Shown here one piece after another: positions 1 to 8,171 of a DNA stretch of 34,118 nucleotides. Below the pieces are notes generated by a model. The model was given only the letters and a program-made list of their open reading frames with translations. It was not told the origin of the DNA and searched no databases. Both the position numbers and the translations under genes were made by a program. The stretch is from the IMG/VR virus record IMGVR_UViG_3300025652_000254, positions 1 through 34,118 of that record. The stretch is one strand, 5' to 3'. The stretch's first letter is position 1; each line of letters opens with the position of its first letter. This stretch comes from a virus (Duplodnaviria; Caudoviricetes).

Positions 1-37
1 AACGAGACACTGATACCAGTGCCCACGGAGAAACAGG

Positions 38-271
38 ATGGCAAAAATAAGCGTAGAGCTTGAGGTTGATGAGCAGACGCTGGAGGAAGTTCTTACGGGC
101 CTACGGGCGGTGGAGAATCTTGCTAAAACAACAATGGAGATGCTGGACGATTTGCAGTTCCTATCCAAAGCTATTTCAGCTAACCAACGTGAGATGAAAA
201 AACTCACGCTGAGTGTAACTAATTTACTGAAGGAGGTACGCGATGGCGATGACGCCAGAGGCGAAGGTTAA
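38..271 (+). CDS. Hypothetical protein, predicted coiled coil
   Basis: 77-aa ORF with GGAG upstream (27-30) and heptad-like Leu spacing. It overlaps the next gene. Confidence 0.7.
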   Translation: MAKISVELEVDEQTLEEVLTGLRAVENLAKTTMEMLDDLQFLSKAISANQREMKKLTLSVTNLLKEVRDGDDARGEG

Positions 272-566
272 GAAGAAGGTAGCGGAGACACTAAAGAAGT
301 TAGGTGTTTATTACTTTTACCCCGTGACCGGAGGCTACGGTAGGAGTGGTGTGCCGGACATAGTGGGGTGCTACAACGGTAAGTTTTTTGGGATTGAGTG
401 CAAGGCGGGGAAGGGTAAGACAACGCCACTGCAAGACATGAACATAAACCAGATTAGGGCGGCGGGTGGAATCGCTGCCGTAGTGAACGAGGAGAACCTG
501 CACACAGTGGCAGACATCCTCAACGAAAGAGAGGTAGATGAGCGCCAGTTGGCGTTTGATTTTTAA
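243..566 (+). CDS. VRR-NUC domain nuclease (PD-(D/E)XK, Holliday junction resolvase-like)
   Basis: Motifs TPEAKVK, SGVPDI, FFGIECKAG, TPLQ. Strong SD AAGGAGGT at 230-237. Confidence 0.9.
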   Translation: MAMTPEAKVKKKVAETLKKLGVYYFYPVTGGYGRSGVPDIVGCYNGKFFGIECKAGKGKTTPLQDMNINQIRAAGGIAAVVNEENLHTVADILNEREVDERQLAFDF

Positions 567-579
567 CTAGGAGACCGAG

Positions 580-1071
580 ATGACGAAACGGAAGTACAAC
601 CGCAAAGCGGTAAAGGGGGCGATGGTGACTGAATACTTGAACAAGAACGGGTACGCCACGCCTGAAGTTCTGGCTGCTGAAGTAGGCGTAAGCGAGAGCT
701 ATGCTGGTAAGTGGCTACGCAAATGGAAGTTGGCTAAGAGGAACTGGGAAACAAGTTCAAGGGAACAAGCTACACCCAAATATGCAAACGATAGCAGGCA
801 GGATCTTATAAACGAGTTACCACAAACACTGGTACAGGACGACAAACACGAATCTGTAACTAGCGACGGAAGCACTGCATCCTATTACGAGTTACCTGCT
901 GGGGCTGCGGAGTTACAGGATCTAATCTCATACAAGAACATGAACGCGCAAATCGGTGAGATATTCCGTGCGTGTTATCGCATGGGTGAGGCATCTCACA
1001 GCGACGAGCTACGCGATGCAAAGAAGATCCGGTTCTACATCGACGCTGAGATCAAACGGTTGGGGGGTTAA
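580..1071 (+). CDS. N-terminal HTH-like region fused to a DUF3310-like (T7 gp1.7-related) domain
   Basis: ATPEVLAAEVGVSESYAGKW resembles an HTH. The C-terminal GSTASYYELP...GEIFRACYRMG...DAKKIRFY resembles DUF3310-like phage proteins. SD AGGAG at 569-573. Confidence 0.6.
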   Translation: MTKRKYNRKAVKGAMVTEYLNKNGYATPEVLAAEVGVSESYAGKWLRKWKLAKRNWETSSREQATPKYANDSRQDLINELPQTLVQDDKHESVTSDGSTASYYELPAGAAELQDLISYKNMNAQIGEIFRACYRMGEASHSDELRDAKKIRFYIDAEIKRLGG

Positions 1072-1072
1072 G

Positions 1073-1351
1073 GTGGAGCCGAAGATAGAGAAAAATTTAC
1101 CGATGCCGCCGAAGGGTAAGTCTGGTGGCCGAAACACTAAATACCTGTACCTCGAAAAAATTATTAGATCGTGGCAGGTGGGCGACAGTGTGGCATTTGG
1201 ATTTTCCGAAAAAACCACGGGGAAGGATAAACGACCCTCCTATTCACTCGAAGCAAACGCTTTTACGAAAAGAGCACAAAAAGCTGGGCAAGAAATATCG
1301 TCCCGCATTTTAGTTGACGAGGGCGTCATTCGGGTGTGGAGGATAGAATGA
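1073..1351 (+). CDS. Small phage protein, paralog 1 of the 'VGDS...RVWR' family (putative DNA-binding)
   Basis: The in-frame GTG at 1073, just after the upstream stop, is preferred over the 956 start. Motifs IEKNLPMP, WQVGDSVAF, GVIRVWRIE. Confidence 0.75.
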   Translation: MEPKIEKNLPMPPKGKSGGRNTKYLYLEKIIRSWQVGDSVAFGFSEKTTGKDKRPSYSLEANAFTKRAQKAGQEISSRILVDEGVIRVWRIE

Positions 1352-1530
1352 AAAAGTTTATCGTAACTTTCTCTGAGACTGTGGAACGTCAAGTGGTCGT
1401 GGAAGCCAAAGACGAAGAGATGGCGCAGTACAGGATCATAGATGACCGTGGTACTTGGGGTGATTGGATACGCAAGCCCGTCACTACTGACGTAATCGTC
1501 ACCCGCGTTGTAGAAAAGGAGGAGGCATGA
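1348..1530 (+). CDS. Small phage protein, DpnD/PcfM-like
   Basis: ATGA overlap at 1348 with GGAGG upstream. MKKFIVTFSETVERQVVVEAKDEEMA resembles the DpnD/PcfM pattern. Confidence 0.6.
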   Translation: MKKFIVTFSETVERQVVVEAKDEEMAQYRIIDDRGTWGDWIRKPVTTDVIVTRVVEKEEA

Positions 1531-1805
1531 TGCTGAAGTTAGATAAGCATGTGCCAATACCCAAGAAGGCCAGCGGCAAAAGGCGCAACGAAGAATTCTA
1601 TAACTTGTTAAAGGTTATGGAGGTTGGTGACAGCATTGCGTTTCCTGTTGACTCGACAAGACGTGGGCCTAGAAACCGTAGGGACATCTTAGTGTCTAAA
1701 CAGGCTGAAAACTTTAGGAGTGCGGCTAGAACGCAATTCGGCTACAAAATGACGATGCGAGGGTCAGCCGATAGAAGCGAAATTCGTATCTGGAGGGTTG
1801 AGTGA
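1527..1805 (+). CDS. Small phage protein, paralog 2 of the 'VGDS...RVWR' family
   Basis: Motifs LDKHVPIP, MEVGDSIAF, EIRIWRVE. SD AGGAGGAGG and ATGA overlap. Confidence 0.8.
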   Translation: MMLKLDKHVPIPKKASGKRRNEEFYNLLKVMEVGDSIAFPVDSTRRGPRNRRDILVSKQAENFRSAARTQFGYKMTMRGSADRSEIRIWRVE

Positions 1806-2068
1806 GCGATGACTTAGAAGAAATCGTGATCGAAAAAGGGGTGCTGCTGTTTGATAAGCAATACAAGCATCAGCGCCTTTATGAAGACACGTTAGAGCGT
1901 ATGTCTCTGGGGGACTCATTTGTAGTAGACGATCCCTACGGGCACAAGGTACGTGCGTTTCGTATATCTGCCAGACGTAGGGGTTGGAACATCACAAGCC
2001 GTAAGATCAGTAACGACGGCGAACACCGCATCTGGCTAACAGAAAAGGACGGTAAAACATGGACTTAA
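1802..2068 (+). CDS. Small phage protein, paralog 3 of the 'VGDS...RVWR' family
   Basis: Motifs IEKGV, MSLGDSFVV, GEHRIWLTE. GTGA overlap with GGAGG upstream. Confidence 0.75.
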   Translation: MSDDLEEIVIEKGVLLFDKQYKHQRLYEDTLERMSLGDSFVVDDPYGHKVRAFRISARRRGWNITSRKISNDGEHRIWLTEKDGKTWT

Positions 2069-3891
2069 TAACGCTCGACTTCGAGACGTATTATAGTAAA
2101 GACTTCTCTCTGACCAAGATGACAACTGAAGAATACATCCGCGACCCTCGCTTCGAGATCGTGGGTGTGGGGGTGAAGGTAAACAATGGCTACACCGAAT
2201 GGGCTTCTGGGACGCACGAAGAGCTTAAAGAATACTTTGACGAGTTTGACTGGGCTAACAGTATGGTGCTGGCTCACAACACTATGTTCGATGGCGCTAT
2301 ATTATCTTGGCTATTTGATATTCGCCCTCGGGTTTGGGTTGATACTCTTTGTATTGCCCGTGCTGTACATGGGGTGGAAGTTGGTGGAAGTCTCAAGGCG
2401 CTTGCGGAACGATACAACGTAGGTGCCAAGGGTACTGAGATACTCAACGCGCTGGACAAACGCCGCCTAGACTTTACTGATGATGAGTTAGATCGTTACG
2501 GCGACTACTGCATCAACGACGTAGAGCTTACCTATAAGCTGTTCAGCATCTTTATGAAGCAGGGGTTCCCCAAGAAAGAACTCAGGATCATTGACTGTAC
2601 GCTGCGTATGTTCATACATCCTATGCTGGAGCTAGATCAAGACTTACTGGGCCAACATCTTGAGAAGATCAAAGAACATAAAGATAAGTTGTTATGTGAT
2701 GCTAGCGTGACCGACAAGAAAGAGCTGATGAGTAACGACAAGTTTGCTGATCTGCTGCGCTCCAAAGGTGTTGAACCACCTACCAAGGTCAGCCCCACCA
2801 CGGAAAAAGAAACCTACGCATTCGCCAAGACTGATGAAGGGTTCAAAGCTCTTGCCGAACACGAGAACCCAGAAGTGCAGGCGCTAGTCGCTGCTAGGTT
2901 GGGCAACAAAAGTACGTTGGAAGAGACCCGTACTCAGCGGTTCCTTGACATATCCAATCGCGGAACTCTGCCGGTTCCTGTGCGATACTATGCGGCACAC
3001 ACTGGCAGGTGGGGTGGGGATGACAAGATCAATCTGCAAAACCTACCGAGCCGTGGGCCAAACGGTAAGATGTTAAAGAGAAGTATCATCGCTCCCGAGG
3101 ACTACATACTCATAGACTGTGACTCGTCGCAGATTGAAGCGCGAGTGTTGGCGTGGTTCGCTGGGCAGGATGACCTGACCGATGCGTTCCGTAAAAAGGA
3201 AGACGTGTACATCAAGATGGCGGCACGGATTTACGAAGTACCTGAAGATCAGATAACGAAGGATCAGCGGTTTGTAGGTAAGACTACGATACTGGGTGCC
3301 GGTTATGGCATGGGCGCTGTTAAGTTTCAGGCGCAGTTGAAGTCCTTTGGTACGGACATATCACTTGATGAAGCGCGACGGATTATCAACATATACCGTG
3401 ATACAAACTGGAAGATCAGTCATGTGTGGCGAGAAGCCCATAACATGATCTCGCACATGGCGAACGGTGCTACTTACCAGTTTGGTAAGGATGATGTGGT
3501 TGAAGTTATAGGAGACCGGGGATCTATACGTCTACCGTCTAAGCTCCTGATGCGTTATGAGGATCTCAGGGGAGAGTATAACTCACAGGGGACAGAGTAT
3601 AGTTACAAGACACGCCGAGGCCGAACGCGGATCTACGGTGGCAAGGTGATAGAGAACGTCTGCCAAGCCTTAGCACGTTGTGTGATAGGCGATCAGATGT
3701 TACTAATAAATAATAAGTACCGAGCGGTACTGACAGTTCACGACTCAGTTATCGCATGTGTACCTGAGTCTGAAGCGATACAAGCCCAGCAGTACGTCGA
3801 GAAGTGCATGAGGTACGTCCCGACATGGGCTAAGGGGTTACCACTTGAATGTGAGAGTGGTATGGCATACACATATGGAGACTGTGAGTAA
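2059..3891 (+). CDS. polA: Family A DNA polymerase with 3'-5' exonuclease domain (no 5'-3' exonuclease)
   Basis: ExoI DFETY, ExoII HNTMFD, ExoIII YCINDV, HTGRWGG, NLQNLP, motif A DSSQIEARVLA, motif B RFVGKTTILGAGYG, motif C VHDS. Confidence 0.96.
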   Translation: MDLITLDFETYYSKDFSLTKMTTEEYIRDPRFEIVGVGVKVNNGYTEWASGTHEELKEYFDEFDWANSMVLAHNTMFDGAILSWLFDIRPRVWVDTLCIARAVHGVEVGGSLKALAERYNVGAKGTEILNALDKRRLDFTDDELDRYGDYCINDVELTYKLFSIFMKQGFPKKELRIIDCTLRMFIHPMLELDQDLLGQHLEKIKEHKDKLLCDASVTDKKELMSNDKFADLLRSKGVEPPTKVSPTTEKETYAFAKTDEGFKALAEHENPEVQALVAARLGNKSTLEETRTQRFLDISNRGTLPVPVRYYAAHTGRWGGDDKINLQNLPSRGPNGKMLKRSIIAPEDYILIDCDSSQIEARVLAWFAGQDDLTDAFRKKEDVYIKMAARIYEVPEDQITKDQRFVGKTTILGAGYGMGAVKFQAQLKSFGTDISLDEARRIINIYRDTNWKISHVWREAHNMISHMANGATYQFGKDDVVEVIGDRGSIRLPSKLLMRYEDLRGEYNSQGTEYSYKTRRGRTRIYGGKVIENVCQALARCVIGDQMLLINNKYRAVLTVHDSVIACVPESEAIQAQQYVEKCMRYVPTWAKGLPLECESGMAYTYGDCE

Positions 3892-4076
3892 TGGACTTTA
3901 CATCGCGGGAAGAGCAGCAAAAGCTAGTGCGGCGTGACAACGCTGATGCCGTCATAGACGATGCGACATATTTACAAGAAGTCATGAACAATAGAGATAT
4001 AACATTTGACCACGCTCTTATGGCACTACTTATAGCTGAGTTACGTGACTTAAATCTGATACTTGATTCTCCATGA
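3891..4076 (+). CDS. Hypothetical protein
   Basis: 61-aa ORF coupled to both neighbours (TAATG and ATGA overlaps), with GGAG upstream. Confidence 0.7.
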   Translation: MDFTSREEQQKLVRRDNADAVIDDATYLQEVMNNRDITFDHALMALLIAELRDLNLILDSP

Positions 4077-4744
4077 GCATAGCGCCGTGGTCGTTCAGTA
4101 AGATCAAGGCATTCCAGCAATGCCCTAAGCAGTTCTACCATGAGAAGGTGCTCAAGCAGTACCCGTTCAAGGAGTCTGAGGCTACGTTGTATGGAACAGC
4201 TTTTCACGAAGCTGCGGAAGAATATATCCGTGACGGCGGTGAACTCGACCCACGGTTTAGCTACGCTCAAGGTATGCTCGATGCGCTGAACGCCAAGAAA
4301 GGTGAGAAGCTATGCGAGATTAAGATGGGGCTAACCAAAGACTTAGAGGCGTGTAGCTTCTTTGCTGACGATGTTTGGTTCCGAGGTATTGCCGATCTTG
4401 TGATCTTGAACCGCGAGGACAACCTTGCATGGGTGATTGACTACAAGACCGGCAAGTCGGCAAGATATGCTGACAAAGGGCAGCTAGAGCTTATGGCTTT
4501 GGCTACCTTCAAGCACTACCCCGAGGTGGAGACCGTTCGGGCTGGGCTGTTGTTTGTGGTAAGTAACGACCTGATAAGGGATCGCTACACCATAGAGGAA
4601 GAGGAGAAGATGTGGACTAAGTGGCTGAGTAAATACAGCGACATGGAAACAGCTTTTGAGAACGATACGTGGAACCCCAACCCCAGCGGACTATGTAAAG
4701 CATGGTGTCCAGTGTTGGAATGTCCACACAACGGAAAGAACTGA
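4073..4744 (+). CDS. PD-(D/E)XK exonuclease, Cas4/RecB-like, probable Fe-S cluster
   Basis: WSFSKI..F..CP, GTAFHE, RGIADL, IDYKTG, QL motif, and C-terminal CKAWCPVLEC (1+3 Cys arrangement). Confidence 0.88.
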   Translation: MSIAPWSFSKIKAFQQCPKQFYHEKVLKQYPFKESEATLYGTAFHEAAEEYIRDGGELDPRFSYAQGMLDALNAKKGEKLCEIKMGLTKDLEACSFFADDVWFRGIADLVILNREDNLAWVIDYKTGKSARYADKGQLELMALATFKHYPEVETVRAGLLFVVSNDLIRDRYTIEEEEKMWTKWLSKYSDMETAFENDTWNPNPSGLCKAWCPVLECPHNGKN

Positions 4745-5043
4745 TGCCGTACAAAAACAAAGCAGACCGCAAGAAGCAGAAGAACCCGCCAGTGGGCAGT
4801 AAAGCACACGAAGCGCGGATGGAGAGGCAGCGTGCGCGTCGAGCTATGGACAGAACGAGTCGTGATGCCAACAAAGATGGCAGAGCGGATAAGAGGGAAG
4901 GTAGAGACGTAAGCCACAATAAGATGTTAAGTCGTGGTGGTAGTAATGCGGACGGCGTGCGGATAGAAAGCAAGAGTGCTAATCGCAGCCGTAACGGGCA
5001 GAAGCCCAAGAAGGCGGGGCATAGACCTCGACGTAGGCAGTGA
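4744..5043 (+). CDS. Basic HNH-like endonuclease
   Basis: ATG at 4744 overlaps the upstream TGA. GRDVSHNKMLSRGGSN...ESKSANR resembles an HNH beta-beta-alpha core. Confidence 0.6.
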   Translation: MPYKNKADRKKQKNPPVGSKAHEARMERQRARRAMDRTSRDANKDGRADKREGRDVSHNKMLSRGGSNADGVRIESKSANRSRNGQKPKKAGHRPRRRQ

Positions 5044-5141
5044 ATAAGGACGACGTAAAGACGGGCATATTGGTCGGCGTAGGTATTGTCGTGGCGATCA
5101 ACGTACTGTCTTTTCTTCTTACTGTGTTAATAACAGTTTAG
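5040..5141 (+). CDS. 33-aa single-pass membrane protein (not in the ORF track)
   Basis: GTGA overlap with the upstream stop. Translates to MNKDDVKTGILVGVGIVVAINVLSFLLTVLITV, with TAG at 5139-5141. Confidence 0.6.
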   Translation: MNKDDVKTGILVGVGIVVAINVLSFLLTVLITV

Positions 5142-5155
5142 ACCAAGGCGGACTT

Positions 5156-5242
5156 CCTGCCTGTTGGCACCGTTCCCGTCCGGTGTGGTCGCATGGCGGG
5201 CTTTTTAACCGCGTGTAGTGGACACCCACTTCGCGCTTTTTT
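5156..5242 (+). terminator. Two tandem hairpins, each followed by a T-run, upstream of the SNF2 gene
   Basis: Hairpin 1: CCTGCC..GCACCG/CGGTGT..GGCGGG then TTTTT (5202-5206). Hairpin 2: GCGTGTAGTGG-ACAC-CCACTTCGCGC then TTTTTT (5237-5242). Confidence 0.55.
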
Positions 5243-5255
5243 GCATGAAGGGTAT

Positions 5256-6791
5256 ATGAAAGTAATAGACAACAAGGCGCTGCTGTTGCGGCTACGTGAT
5301 CCACGGAAAGTTACCGAGGTCATACCAAAGAGTAAGGAGTTATCAGGTAACCGTGTGGTGGTTAACTGGGGCGTAGACGAGACCCACGTACTCAAGAATC
5401 TAAACATAAAAGCGCCATCGCCCATCGAAGGCAAGTATAAGTGGACGGGTAAGTACAAACCGTTCGAGCACCAGAAGACCACGGCTGGGTTCCTGACACT
5501 CAACAAACGTGCGTTCTGTTTCAACGAGCAGGGTACAGGCAAGACCGCCAGTGCTATCTGGGCAGCAGACTTCCTGATGAAACAAGGCCGCATCAAACGT
5601 GCTCTGGTCATCTGCCCTCTATCTATTATGGATTCGGCGTGGCGAGAAGACCTGTTTAGTTTTGCTATGCACCGCAAGGTAGATATAGCGCACGGTTCAG
5701 CGAAGAAAAGAACCGCTGTGATCGAAAGCGATGCGGAGTTCGTAGTAATAAATTATGACGGGGTGGCAATCGTAGCGGACGCCATATCCAACGGTGGGTT
5801 TGACCTAGTGATTGTGGACGAGGCCACGCACTACAAGAATGCCCAGACTGACAGGTGGAAGACACTCAACAGGCTACTCAGCCCTGATACGTGGCTGTGG
5901 ATGATGACGGGTACACCCGCTGCACAGAGTCCGCTGGATGCGTACGGTCTGGCTAAACTTGTTAACCCGAAAGCTGTACCACGCTTCTTTGGCTCGTTCC
6001 GCGATCAAGTCATGTACAAAGTGACTAACTTCAAGTGGGTGCCTAAGCCCGATGCCACCGAGACAGTATTCAGTGCACTGCAACCAGCGATACGGTTTAC
6101 CAAGGAAGAGTGTCTTGACCTACCTGACATCGTGTACACAACTCGTGAGGTACCGCTGACCCGTCAGCAAGAGAAGTATTACAAAGAACTGAAGAACCGC
6201 ATGGTCATGGAAGCTGCGGAAGAGACAGTCACGGCAGCTACAGCAGCGGTCAACATGAACAAGCTGCTACAAATCAGTTCTGGTGCGGTGTACACCGATG
6301 ACAATGAGGTGGTGGAGTTCGACATCAAGCACCGATACAAGGTGCTACGTGAGGTAATTGACGAGTCCAGTAAGAAGGTACTCGTGTTCGTACCGTTCAA
6401 GCATACGATCCAGCTACTTACTGACAAGCTACGCAAGGACAAGATACCTACCGAGGTCATTAGTGGGGCTGTCAGTGCCACCGAGCGCACGCGCATATTC
6501 AAAGAGTTCCAAGAGACAGATACCCCACGAGTGCTAGTCATCCAGCCGCAAGCTGCGGCACACGGCGTTACGTTGACCGCTGCTAATACAATTGTGTGGT
6601 GGGGGCCAACCAGTTCGGTAGAAACATACGCACAGGCTAACGCCCGCATCCACAGAGCGGGGCAAGACCATAAGTGCACAGTGGTACAGTTACAAGGATC
6701 TCACATAGAAAAGCGTGTGTACGCATTACTAGATAACAAAATAGACACACATACAAAAATTATTGATCTTTACAAAGAAATACTTGATTAA
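5256..6791 (+). CDS. SNF2-family (SF2) helicase/translocase
   Basis: Motif I NEQGTGKT, Ia LVICPLS, II VDEATH, III MTGTP, VI QANARIHRAGQ. ATG at 5256 with GAAGGG SD is preferred over 5193. Confidence 0.92.
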   Translation: MKVIDNKALLLRLRDPRKVTEVIPKSKELSGNRVVVNWGVDETHVLKNLNIKAPSPIEGKYKWTGKYKPFEHQKTTAGFLTLNKRAFCFNEQGTGKTASAIWAADFLMKQGRIKRALVICPLSIMDSAWREDLFSFAMHRKVDIAHGSAKKRTAVIESDAEFVVINYDGVAIVADAISNGGFDLVIVDEATHYKNAQTDRWKTLNRLLSPDTWLWMMTGTPAAQSPLDAYGLAKLVNPKAVPRFFGSFRDQVMYKVTNFKWVPKPDATETVFSALQPAIRFTKEECLDLPDIVYTTREVPLTRQQEKYYKELKNRMVMEAAEETVTAATAAVNMNKLLQISSGAVYTDDNEVVEFDIKHRYKVLREVIDESSKKVLVFVPFKHTIQLLTDKLRKDKIPTEVISGAVSATERTRIFKEFQETDTPRVLVIQPQAAAHGVTLTAANTIVWWGPTSSVETYAQANARIHRAGQDHKCTVVQLQGSHIEKRVYALLDNKIDTHTKIIDLYKEILD

Positions 6792-6812
6792 GCCATTACC
6801 TACCACTATATT
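6784..6812 (+). promoter_or_regulatory. Sigma70-like promoter
   Basis: TTGATT (6784-6789), a 17-nt spacer and TATATT (6807-6812), running into one of the few intergenic gaps. Confidence 0.6.
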
Positions 6813-6842
6813 ACCTTTCTCGGCAATGGAAGGACGAAGATC

Positions 6843-7253
6843 ATGGCTGATGCAAAAGACGTAGACGGTGTGCCACTAGGCAAGATGACTGGGGTTTACC
6901 TCAAGATTAAGGCTGAACGGGAACGCCTATCTGCGGAATTTAAGGAGGCTGATGACAAGCTAGTCAATCAGCAAAATAAAATAAAGAGTGCGCTACTGAG
7001 TTACTTGAAAGAGAACGACATCAAAAGCGTCAAGACCGATGCTGGTACGTTTTACCGTACGGTTAAGCAGAAGTATTGGACTAGCGATTGGGAGCACATG
7101 CACGAGTTCATTCTTGAGCATGGTGTACCTGAGTTCTTAGATAAGCGCCTGAATCAGAAGAACGTACGGGAGTTCTTGGAAGAGAACCCAGACCTTCTGC
7201 CAAAGGGCTTGAACGTAGACGCAGAGTTTGCACTCACAATAAGGAAAGCGTGA
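6843..7253 (+). CDS. Conserved phage protein, N-terminal coiled coil (possibly Gam/Gp157-like)
   Basis: 136-aa ORF with GGAAGG SD. Helical N-terminal half, then SVKTDAGTFYR and LLPKGL. Function not established. Confidence 0.7.
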   Translation: MADAKDVDGVPLGKMTGVYLKIKAERERLSAEFKEADDKLVNQQNKIKSALLSYLKENDIKSVKTDAGTFYRTVKQKYWTSDWEHMHEFILEHGVPEFLDKRLNQKNVREFLEENPDLLPKGLNVDAEFALTIRKA

Positions 7254-7504
7254 TGGAGCAATTAGTTCCGATTGAGGATGTCGCAAAGCACTTTGGTGTG
7301 TCATTATCCACGACCCGTAAATGGGTGAGGGATGGCGTAATTCCAGAGAATACGTACATCAAGGTAGGTAAAACGCAGCGATTCGCCTTGGCGAGTATCG
7401 CAGAAGCTCTGTTAAAGGGTGGTGCATCTAAGGAAGAAGCAACGGAAGAAGCTGTTGTGGATGACTTTGACCCCACAGCGTTTGATCCTGATGCGGACGT
7501 ATAG
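7250..7504 (+). CDS. MerR/excisionase-like HTH DNA-binding protein
   Basis: IEDVAKHFGVSLSTTRKWVRDGVIP..YIKVG..RF is a winged HTH pattern, followed by an acidic tail. Confidence 0.8.
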   Translation: MMEQLVPIEDVAKHFGVSLSTTRKWVRDGVIPENTYIKVGKTQRFALASIAEALLKGGASKEEATEEAVVDDFDPTAFDPDADV

Positions 7505-8160
7505 TGCGCCGAATCAGCATACAGGGTAATAGGTTTACTGGGTTAGACCAGCAAGCGGACAGTACGGCGATAGACGTAGTTATCGTAAACGCAGCGACAG
7601 TAGCTCGCTCGTATTACAAAGATGCCTACGACCCTAGCGCCAAACGTCTGCCGACATGCTGGTCGAACGATACCCAGAGACCCGCACCTGAAGTGCCGCC
7701 AGACCAGAGACAGAGTACGCGGTGTATTGATTGCACCAATAACGTCCGAGGTTCTGGCACTGGAGGGGGTAGGGCTTGTAGGTTTAGTCAGAGACTAGCG
7801 ATTGTTGAAGAGCAAGCACTAGACACTGTGTACCAACTACAGGTACCTGCCTCATCCATATTTGGTAAGGCCCAAGGTAGAAGCTCTATGCCTCTACAGG
7901 CTTACGCCAAATTTTTGAGTGGGCATGGAACGCCCAGTGCAGCAGTGGTGACAAAGATAAGTTTCGATGCGGGTAGCCCTGTACCAAAGCTGTTCTTTTA
8001 CCCACAAAGACCGTTGGAAGAAGAGGAACTACAGAAAGTTAGATTGATGGTGGATGACGATGACACGTTAGCAGCGATTGCTTTCGACATCGTGCCCCAC
8101 AACCGCGAGGGTTCGCCCTTCGCTGCGACTGAAGGGTTCACAATAAATAGCCTAAGTTAA
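7504..8160 (+). CDS. Cys-containing conserved phage replication protein (putative ssDNA-binding/annealing)
   Basis: GTG overlaps the upstream TAG. PTCWSND, RCIDC and GRACRF give four Cys, a possible Zn site. Function inferred from position. Confidence 0.6.
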   Translation: MRRISIQGNRFTGLDQQADSTAIDVVIVNAATVARSYYKDAYDPSAKRLPTCWSNDTQRPAPEVPPDQRQSTRCIDCTNNVRGSGTGGGRACRFSQRLAIVEEQALDTVYQLQVPASSIFGKAQGRSSMPLQAYAKFLSGHGTPSAAVVTKISFDAGSPVPKLFFYPQRPLEEEELQKVRLMVDDDDTLAAIAFDIVPHNREGSPFAATEGFTINSLS

Positions 8161-8171
8161 GGAGACCAACA

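Noticed and set aside
8-21. Small hairpin CACTG-ATAC-CAGTG resembling AGTGG-ACAC-CCACT at 5217-5230
   Set aside because: Only a 5-bp stem at the window edge, which is expected by chance.
956-1072. N-terminal extension of ORF 956..1351
   Set aside because: It overlaps the upstream gene, and paralog alignment and coupling favour the GTG at 1073.
4073-4744. Cas4 as evidence of a CRISPR-Cas system
   Set aside because: Solo Cas4-like nucleases are common in phage replication modules, and there are no other cas genes or arrays.
5138-6679. Minus-strand ORFs (179, 166 aa and others) opposite the SNF2 gene
   Set aside because: Antisense to a well-supported gene, with no motifs or RBS.
7250-7504. 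Excisionase implying a prophage
   Set aside because: The HTH fold alone is not diagnostic, and no integrase, att site or host genes appear in the window.
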